64,000 nucleotides of DNA from Octopus sinensis (GCF_006345805.1 NC_043026.1:3720001-3784000); one strand, 5' to 3'; positions 11,526 through 26,672 are shown, counted from the stretch's first letter. Translations and numbers: made by a program. Notes: a model not told the origin generated them from the letters alone.

Positions 11526-13434
11526 AAAAAGAGCTTTGTAAAAACAGAAGATCAACCAAACACTGTTGATTAAATCATTAATTGATACATTCTCTAAGCC
11601 ACAATACGATAATAATTATTATTAGAAAAGAAGGAGGCCATTAGTTGCAGTAGTCATTGATGAGGTCAGCAGCAAACGAGCTGTTGAAATTATACAGTAT
11701 GTCCATCCTTATCTTTTTTCTGAAGACAGTAAGGTGTAATTTTGGGGCAATATAGCTGCTATTTCTATCAGGTCTAGCTACTTGGGCCTCTCATCTTGGC
11801 TCTTACACGAGACAGCTAAGTGTGATTTTAGAGAAATTTGGTTGCTATTTCAACCAGGTCTAACTACCATGTAGGGGGTTTCCATCTTCAACTCATCTAC
11901 AAACAATGGCATTGTCCACCTACATCAGTGACATCCCCTGTCCATGCACTGACAACTACACTGTCATCAACACAGAACTGGATATCACTGTTGTCACACC
12001 ATCATCCACCCACGACCACACCATTGCTTTCATGACGTCACCATTTGCTCACATCATCATTAGTGCCTGCTCAGGCCATCATCAGCAGCCACTCACTCAC
12101 ACAACATTGTCATCTACTAATAACCATCATCAGGAATTTATAATACAAAAATATTGTCACCGTCATTATCCAATCACTACAGCCTGCAACATGGATATCT
12201 ATCACAACTGGGTTCAGATCTCCGAAAAACAAAAAAAAAAAATACAAAAAAAAAGAAAGAAGGTAAACTCCAGATATTATGTGGTTAACGAGATGGGCTG
12301 AGAGGGAAGCAATTTTATTTCCATTAATTTTTTTTTTTTTTTAACTACATTTTTTTTTTTTCCTTTTATATTTTTTAAAAGTTGTGAAATCAATTCCCTG
12401 ATATGACCCCCTGAATCATTCTACGATCACTTGGTGGAGCATAGAGTAAGTAGGATGAGAATGCACGTGTGAATAGGAAGTGGGTGGGGTGGGTGTGAGG
12501 GGGGTTAATAACAATACACCATAGATTCTTCCTGACCCTTCTCCAGGCCTGTAAGGGAGCTTCGAACTAACTTAACACTACAAGGCTAATTACAAACACA
12601 TACATGAGACTATACAGTGCTTTTCTTCATTACACAAGCTACCCACTAAAAACCAAGCTGTACCTGCCCGTACTACTTATTTCGCTGATATAAACGAGAC
12701 ATGTGACCAACTGACTCGATGCGCATCGAGAGATAATACAGTGCATATTGACACAATGTGGAGTGGCTGTGCGGTAAGTAGCTTGCTTACCAACCACATG
12801 GTTCCGGGTTCAGTCCCACTGCGTGACATCTTGGGCAAGTGTCTTCTGCTATAGCCCCGGGCCGACCAATGCCTTTTGAGTGGATTTGGGAGACGGAAAC
12901 TGAAAGAAGCCTGTCGTATATATGTATATATATATATATATGTGTGTGTGTGTATATGTTTGTGTGTCTCTGTTTGTTCCCCTAGCATTGCTTGACAACC
13001 GATGCTGGTGTGTTTACATCCCCGTCACTTAGCGGTTCGGCAAATGAGACCAATAGGATAAGTACTGGGCTTACAAAGAATAAGTCCTGGGCTCGATTTG
13101 CTCGACTAAAGGCGGTGCTCCAGCATGGCCGCAGTGAAATGACTGAAACAAGTAAAAGAGTAAAAGGGTATCTAGCCACTCTCTTCTGATTGGTGATGTC
13201 ATGTCCTCTTCACCGATCTAGACAATCACAGCTCCGTATGTACCCTTCCAGTTGCCAATGTGTGCGTTTCTGGTTAATTTGTGTGGAAGGGTGACACAGA
13301 GTCTTGAATCCGTCACCTGATAAGTAAAGGTTAGTGAATGCATTTCTGGTTAATAGGTTTCCACATATTAACCAGAAACCTCGGTAGTGCCACAGAATAA
13401 GAAAATATCAGAGAGTCCATTTCTTGTTAATGTA

Positions 13435-13819
13435 GGAAGCACTCCGTCGGTTACGACGACGAGGGTTCCTGTTGATCCGAATCAATGGAACAGCCTGCTC
13501 GTGAATTTAACGTGTAAGTGGCTGAGCACTCCACAGACACGTGTACCCTTAACGTAGTTCTCGGGGATATTCAGCGTGACACAGAGAGTGACAAGGCCGG
13601 CCCCTTTGAAATACAGGTACAACAGAAACAGGAAGTAAGAGTGAGAGAAAGTTGTGGTGAAAGAGTACAGCAGGGATCACCACCATCCCCTGCCGGAGCC
13701 TCGTGGAGCTTTTAGGTGTTTTCGCTCAATAAACACTCACAAACGCCCGGTCTGGGAATCGAAACCGCGATCCTATGACCGCGAGTCCGTTGCCCTAACC
13801 ACTGGGCCATTGCGCCTCC
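13435..13819 (-). mobile_element. tRNA-derived SINE, family C
   Basis: Near identical to 1328-1699 and 38304-38686. Confidence 0.85.
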
Positions 13820-13844
13820 ACAATCTTGTTAATGTATAGACAGG

Positions 13845-14170
13845 TTGAAAGAGTGCTGGCAGTCATTTCACGTCTGTCCAATGTATAAGTAGGAGGCTGT
13901 AGCAATGCCGAGTTGAATAAAACGTCAACATGTGCATGTCACAGAGCTTTGACCAATGGTCACTGTCAGCAGTGTGTGGAAGGTTGTTGATGCCCTATTA
14001 GTGAACATGTGTGAGTGTGGTACCACCCACTGCCACTCCTCCCAAACACCTTATAATATCTTAGTCTCTTCACACCTACGCCAGGTGAGCTGTTTGAGTG
14101 AACCTATAATCAAAGGGGTTCAGTTTACCTCCACTACTACCACCCCAGGACTGCTCTGAGGCATTGCATA
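13845..14170 (-). mobile_element. Possible decayed Penelope-like element, GIY-YIG endonuclease region
   Basis: Minus strand reads YIGQT (13871-13885), preceded with frameshifts by TCT...FYSTRHCYSLL. This resembles the PLE TCxxxNVIYxIxCxxC..YIGET pattern; stops are present. Confidence 0.4.
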
Positions 14171-14414
14171 TCCATGATGTGTGTGTGTGTGTATGTGCAT
14201 ATATATATATATATATATATTATATATACATACATATATATATAATTATTATTTTAGGGAATATTATTCCTAACTTACAGGGAAAAATTCAATTTAGAAA
14301 TACTAAATCAAATTTCACAAAATATAATATATATATAAAAATTTTGAATTGATATAAGGTGTTTTTTTCTAATTTTTATATACATACATATATATATATA
14401 TATACACATATATA

Positions 14415-14483
<69 letters not shown>

Positions 14484-14581
14484 ACATATACATATATACA
14501 TATACATACATATATATATACATATATATACATACATATATATACATATACATACATATATATACATAGATATATACATAC

Positions 14582-14614
<33 letters not shown>

Positions 14615-14781
14615 TATATATATATATACACATACATACATAGCTTAGGTATGTCACCAAGAGATTAAAATAGAGTTCCAATATGCAAAATTTGACATCA
14701 TTATCATGAAACTAGGACACCAGGGAGTTAAGATTGAGAGATAACAGGGGTTGCATAAATCATTGTTGCTGCAACAGTGAT

Positions 14782-14820
<39 letters not shown>

Positions 14821-15450
14821 GGTTTCTAATTTATGCACAAAGTCAACAATTTCAGAAGAGTGGGGAGGAGGAGGTGGGGGGGGGTTAGTGAATACCATCA
14901 AATTCAGTACTTGACTTGTATTTTATTCCTTTGACCCCGAGAAAAGGGTGAAAGGCAAAGCTGGCCATGGTGAGATTTGAACTCGGACACATAAGAAACC
15001 AGAACAAATGCTTGCTAAGCATTCTGTCTGACCCCCCGCAAATGATTCTGCCGAAAGATTTCCAAAGTTTTCATTTCGCCACCTTAATAACAATAATCAG
15101 TGTTATCTTGAAATAGCAGCCGAAATTTCCTCAAAAACTGCACAAGGCACAATACCAGTGATTCTGAGTTAAAGGGTTAGTCAATACCACTTGACCACCA
15201 CCAACCACCCCACCCCGTGTCCCAGAGGGGTGAAAGGCAAAACTGACCATGGTAGGATTTGAACTCAGAAACTGAAAAAGCCAGAACAGATAGTCTTCGA
15301 ACATGCTAATGATTCTGGCCAGACCCACTGCCCTTAATTTCTAATATAGGCACAAGAAAATCTGATGGGGATGGGGGGAGGGGGTGATGCGCAGGGGATT
15401 ATATGGAACCCTGGTACTTGATTGGGTTGTATCAAGCACAAGACAACCAA

Positions 15451-15488
<38 letters not shown>

Positions 15489-16333
15489 TTTTCTACTATA
15501 TTTTAGGGGAAGGAGTAAGTCGGTTACACTGGACCCCAGTACTCGACTGGTATCTCAGTTCACTGAACCCCTAAAAGGGATGAAAGGCAAAGAGGGTCTT
15601 GGCAGCATTTGAACTCACGTGTGTTAGTGATTCAGCCGGCTCGCCACCTTAATAATAATAATTCTTTCTGCTATAGGCACAAGACCTAGAATTTTAGGGA
15701 AGGGCATGGGGTTAGTGGATTACATGGACTTCACCCCCACCCACCCCCGCCACAGGACTCAACCTAGAACTTTATTTTACCCACCCCGGTGGAATTTGAA
15801 CTCAAATCATGAAGACAGACAAAATAGCGCTAAGCATTTCGCCCAGTGTGCTGCCGTTCAGGAACTTGGACTTGGAGATCTCCATTTCCAGTGACTTCGA
15901 GGGCCACCTCCCAGTGGTGTCGGGGGTCAACGAAGAGCCCTCGACTACAAGACAACCAAAGTTTTTTTTTTTTTTTCCCAAGGTCTGGGGTCTCCCGCCC
16001 CTAAGCCCTACACCATCACCTAATCACCCTTACCCGTCTTGTTGCTTAACACCAACAACAACAACAACAACAACAACAACCCAGTGTGCTAACGATTCTG
16101 CCATCTCACCACCTTATCCTTTGAGAACATATTGATTTCAAGCTTTGGCAAAAGGCCGGGAGTATCCGGGAGTGGGGAGGTGGGGGTAAATCGAATTATA
16201 TCAACTGGGAATTATTTTATCAACTCTTGAGAGAATGAAAGGCAAAGTCAGCCTCGGCAGAACTTGAACTCAAATCATAAAGACAGAAGAAATGCCAATA
16301 GGCATTTCACCTGGCATGCAGGGCTGAAAAATT

Positions 16334-16364
<31 letters not shown>

Positions 16365-16976
16365 TGATGATGATGATGATGTTGATGATGATGATGGTGT
16401 TATTTTTTCATAGGACACACACAAGCAAAGAGTAGCCGGTGGGAGAATTTTAGCTCTACATGAAAGATGACCATCTCCCACCTCACTCTGCCTCGCTTCT
16501 CCTCTGCTCCAGAACACAATTGGTAATTTTTATTTTTGTTTTTATTTTTTATTATTATTGTTTTTGTGTTTTTAATTGATCCAGGGAGGCCCACAATGTA
16601 AAGCTGTGGACATCTCAAAGGAATCCTTTATTATCTGTATTTTTAAGTCTTATTTTACAACTCCAAACATTGGAAAAGGGGTGATGGGGACATGATGGTG
16701 GGGTCAGTGGGGGGGGGGGGGCGCAAGGCCGAAACCTCTCGTCAGGTGCTTCAGTTTATGAGTGTTCTTCACTTTGCTCCACTCTTTAATAACGAGGATG
16801 AAGATAATGATAATTAGTCCAGACAATAGGCACAAGGTCACAAACTGGTATGAAGGTGAAAGGTTGCAAGATCGATTCCCCTAACACACGTCTATCTGTC
16901 CAACAAAATATGCAACTGGTTTTAAATTTACGTAATATTGCATTGATACATTATGAATGGGAGCAAAGACGGGGGT

Positions 16977-19119
16977 CTTACAAGAAGACACCCACATCGT
17001 CAAATCTGAAAGAGCCATGGATTTGCAAAATATCAATTATTGCTGCTAATAATATTTGCAGTTCCACCAGGTGAAACAAAATATAGCAATACCTTATGAC
17101 CATCTGTGCTGCATCATTACAATTCTACACATTACTGCGAGCTATTTCTGTATTATTTCATAGTGATACTGTAACCTTACAAGACGGCACCCACATCGTC
17201 AAATCTGAAAGAGCCATGGATTTGCAAAATATTAATTATTGCTGCTAATAATATTTGCAGTTCCACCAGGTGAAACAAAACGTAGCAATACCTTATGACC
17301 ATCTGTGTATTATTTCATAGTGATACTGTAACCTTACAAGACGGCACCCACATCGTCAAATCTGAAAGAGCCATGGATTTGCAAACTATCAATTATTGCT
17401 GCTAATAATATTTGCAGTTCCACCAGGTGAAACAAAACGTAGCAATACCTTATGACCATCTGTGCTGCATCATTACAATTCTACACATTACTGAGTGCTA
17501 TTTCTGTATTATTTCATAGTGATACTGTAACCTTACAAGACGGCACCCACATCGTCAAATCTGAAAGAGCCATGGATTTGCAAAATATCAATTATTGCTG
17601 CTAATAATATTTGCAGTTCCACCAGGTGAAACAAAACGTAGCAATACCTTATGACCATCTGTGCTGCATCATTACAATTCTACACATTACTGAGTGCTAT
17701 TTCTGTATTATTTCATAGTGATACTGTAACCTTACAAGACGACACCCACATCGTCAAATCTGAAAGAGCCATGGATTTGCAAAATATTAATTATTGCTGC
17801 TAATAATATTTGCAGTTCCATCAGGTGAAACAAAACGTAGCAATACCTTATGACCATCTGCGCTGCATCATTACAATTCTACACATTACTGAGTGCTATT
17901 TCTGTATTATTTCATAGTGATACTGTAACCTTACAAGATGGCACCCGCATTGTCAAATCTGAAAGAGCCATGGATTTGCAAAATATTAATTATTGCTGCT
18001 AATAATATTTGCAGTTCCACTAGGTGAAACAAAACGTAGCAATACCTTATGACCATCTGTGCTGCATCATTACAATTCTACACATTACTGAGTGCTATTT
18101 GTGTATTATTTCATAGTGATACTGTAACCTTACAAGACGGCACCCACATCGTCAAATCTGAATGAGCCATGGATTTGCAAAATATTAATTATTGCTGCTA
18201 ATAATATTTGCAGTTCCACCAGGTGAAACAAAACGTAGCAATACCTTATGACCATCTGTGCTGCATCATTACAATTCTACACATTACTGAGTGCTATTTC
18301 TGTATTATTTCATAGTGATACTGTAACCTTACAAGACGACACCCACATCGTCAAATCTGAAAGAGCCATGGATTTGCAAAATATTAATTATTGCTGCTAA
18401 TAATATTTGCAGTTCCACCAGGTGAAACAAAACGTAGCAATACCTTATGACCATCTGTGCTGCATCATTACAATTCTACACATTACTGAGTGCTATTTCT
18501 GTATTATTTCATAGTGATACTGTAACCTTACAAGACGGCACCCACATCGTCAAATCTGAAAGAGCCATGGATTTGCAAAATATTAATTATTGCTGCTAAT
18601 AATATTTGCAGTTCCACCAGGTGAAACAAAATGTAGCAATACCTTATGACCATCTGTGCTGCATCATTACAATTCTACACATTACTGCGAGCTATTTCTG
18701 TATTATTTCATAGTGATACTGTAACCTTACAAGACGGCACCCACATCGTCAAATCTGAAAGAGCCATGGATTTGCAAAATATTAATTATTGCTGCTAATA
18801 ATATTTGCAGTTCCACCAGGTGAAACAAAACGTAGCAATACCATATGACCATCTGTGCTGCATCATTACAATTCTACACATTACTGAGTGCTATTTCTGT
18901 ATTATTTCATAGTGATACTGTAACCTTACAAGACGACACCCACATCGTCAAATCTGAAAGAGCCATGGATTTGCAAAATATCAATTATTGCTGCTAATAA
19001 TATTTGCAGTTCCACCAGGTGAAACAAAACGTAGCAATACCTTATGACCATCTGTGCTGCATCGTTACAATTCTACACATTACTGAGTGCTATTTCTGTA
19101 TTATTTCATAGTGATACTG
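16977..19119. repeat. 199-bp satellite, 11 units (one with a ~42-bp deletion)
   Basis: CCTTACAAGA at 17175, 17332, 17531, 17730, 17929 and onward; units are nearly identical. Confidence 0.95.
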
Positions 19120-19572
19120 AAACCAAATCCTGGGAAGATGAAGATAAAAGAAACACAAAAAAGAAAAGTGTTAATCTCTAAAGAATTTATAAAAAAATTT
19201 TAAGATTGAAGGTAGTGGGACAAAACTAAATTCTATTAGGCATTTAATTTCCGATGCTCCGTTTCTGCCAATTTTTCCGTGAATATGATGAAGGTTAATG
19301 ACAATAATGATATACATACATACATATATATATATATATGCTTTTTTTTTCTTATTTCAAAACTAAATCCTGGGAGGATATGGGGAAAAAAAAAAAAAAA
19401 AAAAAAAATCAAACAAAATGAAGTTCACCTCAGCAGGATTAAAAAGTCGGAAAAATTTGAGGGGGGTTGGGGAGTTAGTCAAAACTAAATACTATTACAT
19501 ACTTAGTTTCTGACACTCTGTAACTGCCACTTCTCCATGAAGATGATGATGATGATGATGATTATGAAAGTG

Positions 19573-19626
<54 letters not shown>

Positions 19627-19886
19627 TTCTCTCTCTCTTTCGGAGAGGCACTGAGCAGCTATACGCACACATACACACACGGCAGTAACTTCCACCTACC
19701 GAATTCAATTACAAAGCTTCGGTCGACTCGGGGCTATAGTGGGACTGAACCCGAAACCATATAGCTAGATATATACATATATATATATATATATTCTTAA
19801 AAATATACCTATACTCACAAAAAAAAACCCCAATACACATGCATGCACACATCCTCTCACACAGATTTTCTGTATGATCAATCGAG

Positions 19887-19920
<34 letters not shown>

Positions 19921-20724
19921 TAATAATAATAATAATCATCATAGGGAGTACAGTACGCAAGACTTCTTACCGAAATCTCTCAATCAGGAAGAGGGTGGTG
20001 GATGGGGGGGAAAGTGAAAAAGGTAAGAACAAAAAAAAAAACAATAAAAAATATATATGCATCATGCCAGAAAAATTTCTCTCCTTCATCCGCCCAAGCA
20101 ACCTCAAAAGAAGGAGCAGGAGAGAAACCAATAAGACCAATGTTGAAGATGAAGATGAGGGTTTTTTTTTTTTTCTGGGGGTTTTTGTTTGTTTTATCAG
20201 GCACAAAACCAATTTTAAAAAGATGGGATGGGCAAGGATTGGATTGATTGGCTGTTATGTTATAATATTATATCTTATATATATATATATATATATTTTT
20301 ATTTATTTTTTTTTTTGTGAATCAAACCATGTGACGATGAAGATGAGGATGATGATGATGACGACGATGATGATGATGATGATGATGATGATAGAAACCA
20401 AATTAACACTGACAGGATTTGAACTCAAAACAGTTTAGTTATGCCATGAACGATATAGCTTTTAAGAGAAATCGCACCCAGTTGAATACCCAACCAGACT
20501 GCACACCAACTTCTAACACGCCAATAATGGTGATGAAGATGACAATAATAATAATAATAATAATAATAATGATGATAATAATAATAATAGTGACAATGAT
20601 AATAATTATATCTTTCAGAAAAACAATGATTAACAAAATTGTGTCTAGCATAAGAGGCAGAAGGCCACAGTTTTTGTATTTTTCTTTTGAATATTTTCGT
20701 AAGGGGAAGGAAAAACAGTCAATA

Positions 20725-20755
<31 letters not shown>

Positions 20756-21108
20756 CATATATAAACATACACATATATATATATATGTATATAACTCCTT
20801 CCCTCTCTCTCCACCCTGCCAAGTGCCCGAGTGTTGGTTTGTCCGCCGCCGCCGCCGGTCAGTTGGGGTCGCTTTTTTTTTTTTTTTATCAATCAAGCAA
20901 CACGTCCTCCGACCACCCGCCTCTGCACCTCCGTCCCTTGGAAAAGGGACGAACAGCAGCACAAACCAACAAACAACCCAGCAGGATTTTAACCTCGAAC
21001 CAGAGGGGGGCGGGGAGTGTAAAAATGACAAGAGACTAAACACTGCAAGGCATTTTTCATCCCACTCTCCACAACCCCTGCATTAAACATAATAATAATA
21101 ATAATAAT

Positions 21109-21752
21109 AGTCAAGACGAAAAATGGGATTCGATTGTAAGATATTTTATTAGTTGAATGATAATTTCAACAGTACGTCTATCTTCGTCAAATTAAAATCA
21201 TGCCCTGGAGGAATGATTAACCCTTTAGTGTTTAAACCAGCTATATCCGGCCCAAATAGTCTACTCATTTTATGCTCAAACTGGCCAGAACCAGTATCTC
21301 ACACCTACCCTGCAATGTCATTCTAAAAATAAACAATTAAATCTTTCAAATCTTGAAGCTACAAGATAATACCAGGTTAATTTTTTTTAATGTAAATGAA
21401 TAAGGATTACTTCTGACATATTAATTTGAACGCTAAAGGGTTAAGATGACAGGAGAATATCATCAGATTTATACAAAACTGTTTGATTAAATATTCTTCT
21501 CTTTTTTCTTTCATTTTTTTCTGTCATCTTCCTTTTCGCCTGTTATAAAATTGTAACTTAAAAACTGATGATGCCATTCCGTCAACGTGTGGACGCTGGT
21601 TGCCCTCATTCATACTTTATGTTTGAATTTCTGTAATTTTGAATTTCTATCACTTCTTATTTCGAACTTGACAAAGACAGACAGACATACTGTTGAAATA
21701 TCGTTCAACTAATAAAATATCTTACAATCGTATCGCGCTCTTCGTCTTGACT
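21109..21752. repeat. ~80-bp inverted arms (21109-21190 and 21668-21752) enclosing ~480 bp
   Basis: AGTCAAGACGAA...GATTGTAAGATATTTTATTAGTTGAA...CGTCAA is the reverse complement of TTGAC...TTCAACTAATAAAATATCTTACAATC...TTCGTCTTGACT. Confidence 0.75.
21221..21440. mobile_element. piggyBac-type MITE
   Basis: TTAA|CCCTTTAG...CTAAAGGG|TTAA. Similar elements near 39463-39684 and 49477-49697, and a second subfamily at 30373-30594 and 32565-33345. Confidence 0.8.
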
Positions 21753-21791
21753 GTTTACCTTTCTGAAGAGTTAAGTCAATCCTTTTTTAAA

Positions 21792-21799
<8 letters not shown>

Positions 21800-21829
<30 letters not shown>

Positions 21830-22485
21830 GTGATAATACATAATACATTTCTTATATAGGTACAAGGCCATGATATTTTCTAGTGGTGGTGGATGGGCAG
21901 GTGGGCAAAGGAACAGTTGATGCTGGTCTCCCTTCCACCCCCAGTACTCGAGTGATATATATACATATATATATATTTATTTTTTTTTGGACTCCGGCGG
22001 GAATTTTTTTTTTTTTTTTTTGCAAAATGAAAAGAAAAAAAGTAACCATAAAGAGACAAGACAAAAAAGAAAAAAAAAAAAAGACCGCAGGGGCATTTTT
22101 GTCTGAACACTCTACCGGTTTTGCCAATCCACAGCCCACATAATAATAATAATATAATAATAATAATAATAATAGTGATAATACATAATACATTTCTTAT
22201 ATAGGTACAAGGCCATGATATTTTCTAGTGGTGGTGGATGGGCAGGTGGGCAAAGGAACAGTTGATGCTGGTCTCCCTTCCACCCCCAGTACTCGAGTGA
22301 TATATATACATATATATATATTTATTTTTTTTTTTGGACTCCAGCGGGAATTTTTTTTTTTTTTTTTTGCAAAATGAAAAGAAAAAAAGTAACCATAAAG
22401 AGACAAGACAAAAAAGAAAAAAAAAAAAGACCGCAGGGGCATTTTTGTCTGAACACTCTACCGGTTTTGCCAATCCACAGCCCAC

Positions 22486-22522
<37 letters not shown>
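21800..22522. repeat. ~345-bp direct duplication bounded by (AAT)n
   Basis: ATAGTGATAATACATAATACATTTC...CAGCCCACATAAT occurs twice, with period ~345. Confidence 0.9.
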
Positions 22523-22523
<1 letters not shown>

Positions 22524-22792
22524 CATAGATATCTCATGACTAGGCACAGTCAGTTTTTCTTTTTCGATTTTTTTCCTTTTTCTTTTGCAGCTATAAGTCA
22601 ATTTAATCCATCAACACACACACATATATATATATATATGCATATATTTTTTATATATTTTTATATATTTCAGTGATTGCGGATCGTTTTTTTTTTTGTT
22701 TTTCGTCAGTCAAGTCAACCACAGTGGAATTTGAAGAGAAAAAAAAACAAAAAAACAGCATGTATGTAATATAAATGTAATAATAATAATAA

Positions 22793-22830
<38 letters not shown>

Positions 22831-23927
22831 ATAGTGGTAATTATAATAATAATAATATTAATAATAATAATAATGTAAGATGCAAAAAATGTAACGTCAG
22901 AATTGTGGTGAAATGGAAGATGGTAAATTGAAACTCTTCTAAGAAATACTAAAAACAAAAAAAAAAACAAAAAAAAAAAATAAAAAAGTTAGGGATTACC
23001 CTCCCGCCCCCGAGAACAATGCATTTTTTCAAGTCCGGTGCTCCCTTTTTTTTTTTTTTTTTGCTGTCCTCAGTTAACCATCTTCCAACGGCCCTAATAA
23101 TAAATGATGACAATGTGACAATGATGATGATGACGAGGAGGAGGAGGAAGAGGAACAAAAAAAAAAAATGATAATAATAATAATAGTGGTAACAACAATA
23201 AAAATAATAATAATCGTAATAATAATAATAATAATGATGATGATGATAATAATAATAATAATCAATAATAACAACAAAAAAAGGGGTAAAATAGGGTGTT
23301 ATGTAATAGTTAAAATTCTTTCTTCCAGATATTTTAGTTTTTTTGTGTTTTTTTTTATATATTATAAACGGAGAGGACATCCAGCAGACGATTGTTAGGG
23401 GGGGGGTGCATACATAGTCCAGAGTTGTTGTTTTTTTTTTTTAAAAAAACAAGTTTTTAATTTCTGCTGCCTTCGCCTCTCATTAAGGTTTATTTCGTAA
23501 ATTATTATTTTTTTTTTTTTGTTGTTGTTGTTGTTGTGGTTTGTTGTTTGTTTCTTTGTTTAATATTTTTGTTTTGTATAATTTTTTTTCTCTCTCTCTC
23601 CTTTTTTTTTTTCCCAAAATGTTTCTTTCAGATACTTTGTTTTTGTTGATGTTTGTTGTTGTTCATTTTTTTAAAAATTTTTTTTACTTTTTGTAATTAT
23701 TATTATTATTATTATTTATTTTTTTTTTTTTTTTTACAATTTCGTTTCGAGTTTTAACTTTTACTTACAATTGTTTTCTTTTTTTTTGTATGTATGTCTG
23801 TGTGTGTGTGTGTGTGCTTTTCGAGTTTTCAATTGTGCTTCCATGAACGTTTTACAAACATATATATTTCTGTGTGAGCACGCATAAATATAAATTATAC
23901 ATATCATATATATATGTGTGTGTGTGT

Positions 23928-23980
<53 letters not shown>

Positions 23981-24090
23981 TATATATACTCATATACATA
24001 TATATACACATATGCATATATATATATATTATATACATATACTATACACACACACACATATATATATATAAATATATACATAATGTTATA

Positions 24091-24121
<31 letters not shown>

Positions 24122-24477
24122 CATATATTATACACACATATATATATATAAATATATATATACATAATGTTATATATATTTTATATATATATATATATAT
24201 ATTATATACATATATTATACACACTCATATATATAAATATAAATATATACATAATGTTATACATATTTTATTTATATATATATACATGTTATATATATAT
24301 ATATATATACATAATATGTTATATATATACATAATATGTTATATATTTTTTTATATATATAATATATATATATATATGTATACTGTATATACATGTACAC
24401 ACACGATCACAATACAGAAACGTTATGTGTGTGTGTGTGAGTAAATACAACACATACATGTATATTTAACAATGTGT

Positions 24478-24539
<62 letters not shown>

Positions 24540-25088
24540 CACATATACACACACACACACACATATATATATATGCATATATATTTATTTATATATTTCC
24601 GTATGTGTGTATACATATCTACACACCTGAAACACATTCAATTTATGTTTCGACTTCTTTCTAAACAGATGCTTTTTTATAAATGAAATTTTCTTCTTTT
24701 TTTTTGGAAAAAAAAGGCAAATCCAGCCGTGTGTTGTTTGTCTTTTTGTGCTTCTCTGTTGAGTTTTTTTTCTTTGAAAAAATCCAGATTTCATTAAGTC
24801 TTTAAAGAATGATGACTCTCAAGTACCTCTCTGTGTATGTGTGCGTGTGTGTGTGTGTGATTGCATGTATCTGTGCAAATGCGTGCACACACACACACAC
24901 ACACGCACACACACATATTCATATATAAATGTGTGCGTGCATATTTATATATATATATAAAACCATTCGCGTGTGTATATGTTTATATACACACATGCCC
25001 ATATGGAAATACACACACACACATAAAGGCAAATATATATAAGCATATACGTGCACATATACACCCACATATTCATATATAAATGTGC

Positions 25089-25124
<36 letters not shown>

Positions 25125-25740
25125 CCATTCGCGTGTGTATATGTTTATATACACACATGCCCATATGGAAATACACACACACACACACACGTAAAGGCAA
25201 ATATATTTAAGCATATATGTGCACATATACCCACATATATGCATACTTATATACACACACACACTCACATACATACATACATATACACACACAAGATATT
25301 GTTATCTTCCTGATCATAACTGTACAAATGAAGTATCTCTGGGGTGATGGGGGGATAAATTCATTTATAATCATCATCATCATCATCATCATCACTTTCG
25401 TATGCATTTCATGTGGAATCAAGTGGGGGGTGGGGACAGGGAATTGAAGGCATGCTTTGCTATGTAAAAGAGCAACGAGATGTGGGGGGGGCATAAGGAA
25501 GAATACAAGGGAGGGTGAAGGGTCGAGATGGGATGTGGGTGGGATGGGTGCTTTGCACATGTATGCGTGTGTGTACATACATATATATATATACACACAC
25601 ACACACACAAATATATATGTAATTATATATATACATACATACATACACACTCACAAACATGTACCTGCATAAAATACCCATTACACACACACAACTGTGT
25701 GTGTGCATGTGTAGATATAGACACACATCTACACCAAACA

Positions 25741-25772
<32 letters not shown>

Positions 25773-25914
25773 CACACACACACTTCTACATATGCATATA
25801 TGCATGTCTCCCTTGCTCCCTCTTATATATATGTATGTGTGTGTATATATATATATATATGTAAACGCACACACATGCAAACATGTATATGTGTGTCTGT
25901 ATGTACATATATAT

Positions 25915-25957
<43 letters not shown>

Positions 25958-26078
25958 ATATATATAATATATATATATATATGTGATATATATATGTGTG
26001 TATATATATATTATATATATGTATATATATATGTGTATATATTATATATATATATGTATATATATTATGTGTATATAT

Positions 26079-26109
<31 letters not shown>

Positions 26110-26244
26110 GTAATATATATGTATATATTATATATATATATGTATATATGTATATATGTATATATATATTATATATGTATATATATATGTATATATGTAT
26201 ATATATATGATATATGTATATATATGTATATATGTATATATATG

Positions 26245-26277
<33 letters not shown>

Positions 26278-26672
26278 TATATATATGTATATATATATAT
26301 ATGCATCTATATATATATATGTATATATATGTTATATATATATTATATTATATATGTATATATGTATATATATGTATGTATGTATGTGTGTGTGTGTGTC
26401 TGTATTTCTGAGTGTGTGTGTGTGTGTGTGTGTGTTCATGTGCACGCATGCGTGTGTATTGTGAAGACACTGAGAAGGAAAATCCAAATGTTTATTTTTT
26501 TTTAGTTTCTTTCTTTCTTTTTGTTTGTTTGTTAATTTTTTTCTCACTCTTACTCTCACTCTCGCTCTCTGTCTCTCTTTCTTTCTTTCGCTCTCTCTCA
26601 CTCACTCTCTCTCTCTCTCATTCTCTCTCTCTCTCTCTCTCTCGCTCGCTTTCTCCTTTTGCTGTGCTCCGT

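Noticed and set aside
16977-19119. CRISPR-like array
   Set aside because: The units are contiguous and near-identical with no unique spacers, there are no cas genes, and the context is eukaryotic. The same applies to 47933-49447.
21668-21710. Hammerhead-like motif in the inverted arm
   Set aside because: The core TTGACAA is too far from CUGANGA and stems I and III are not convincing.
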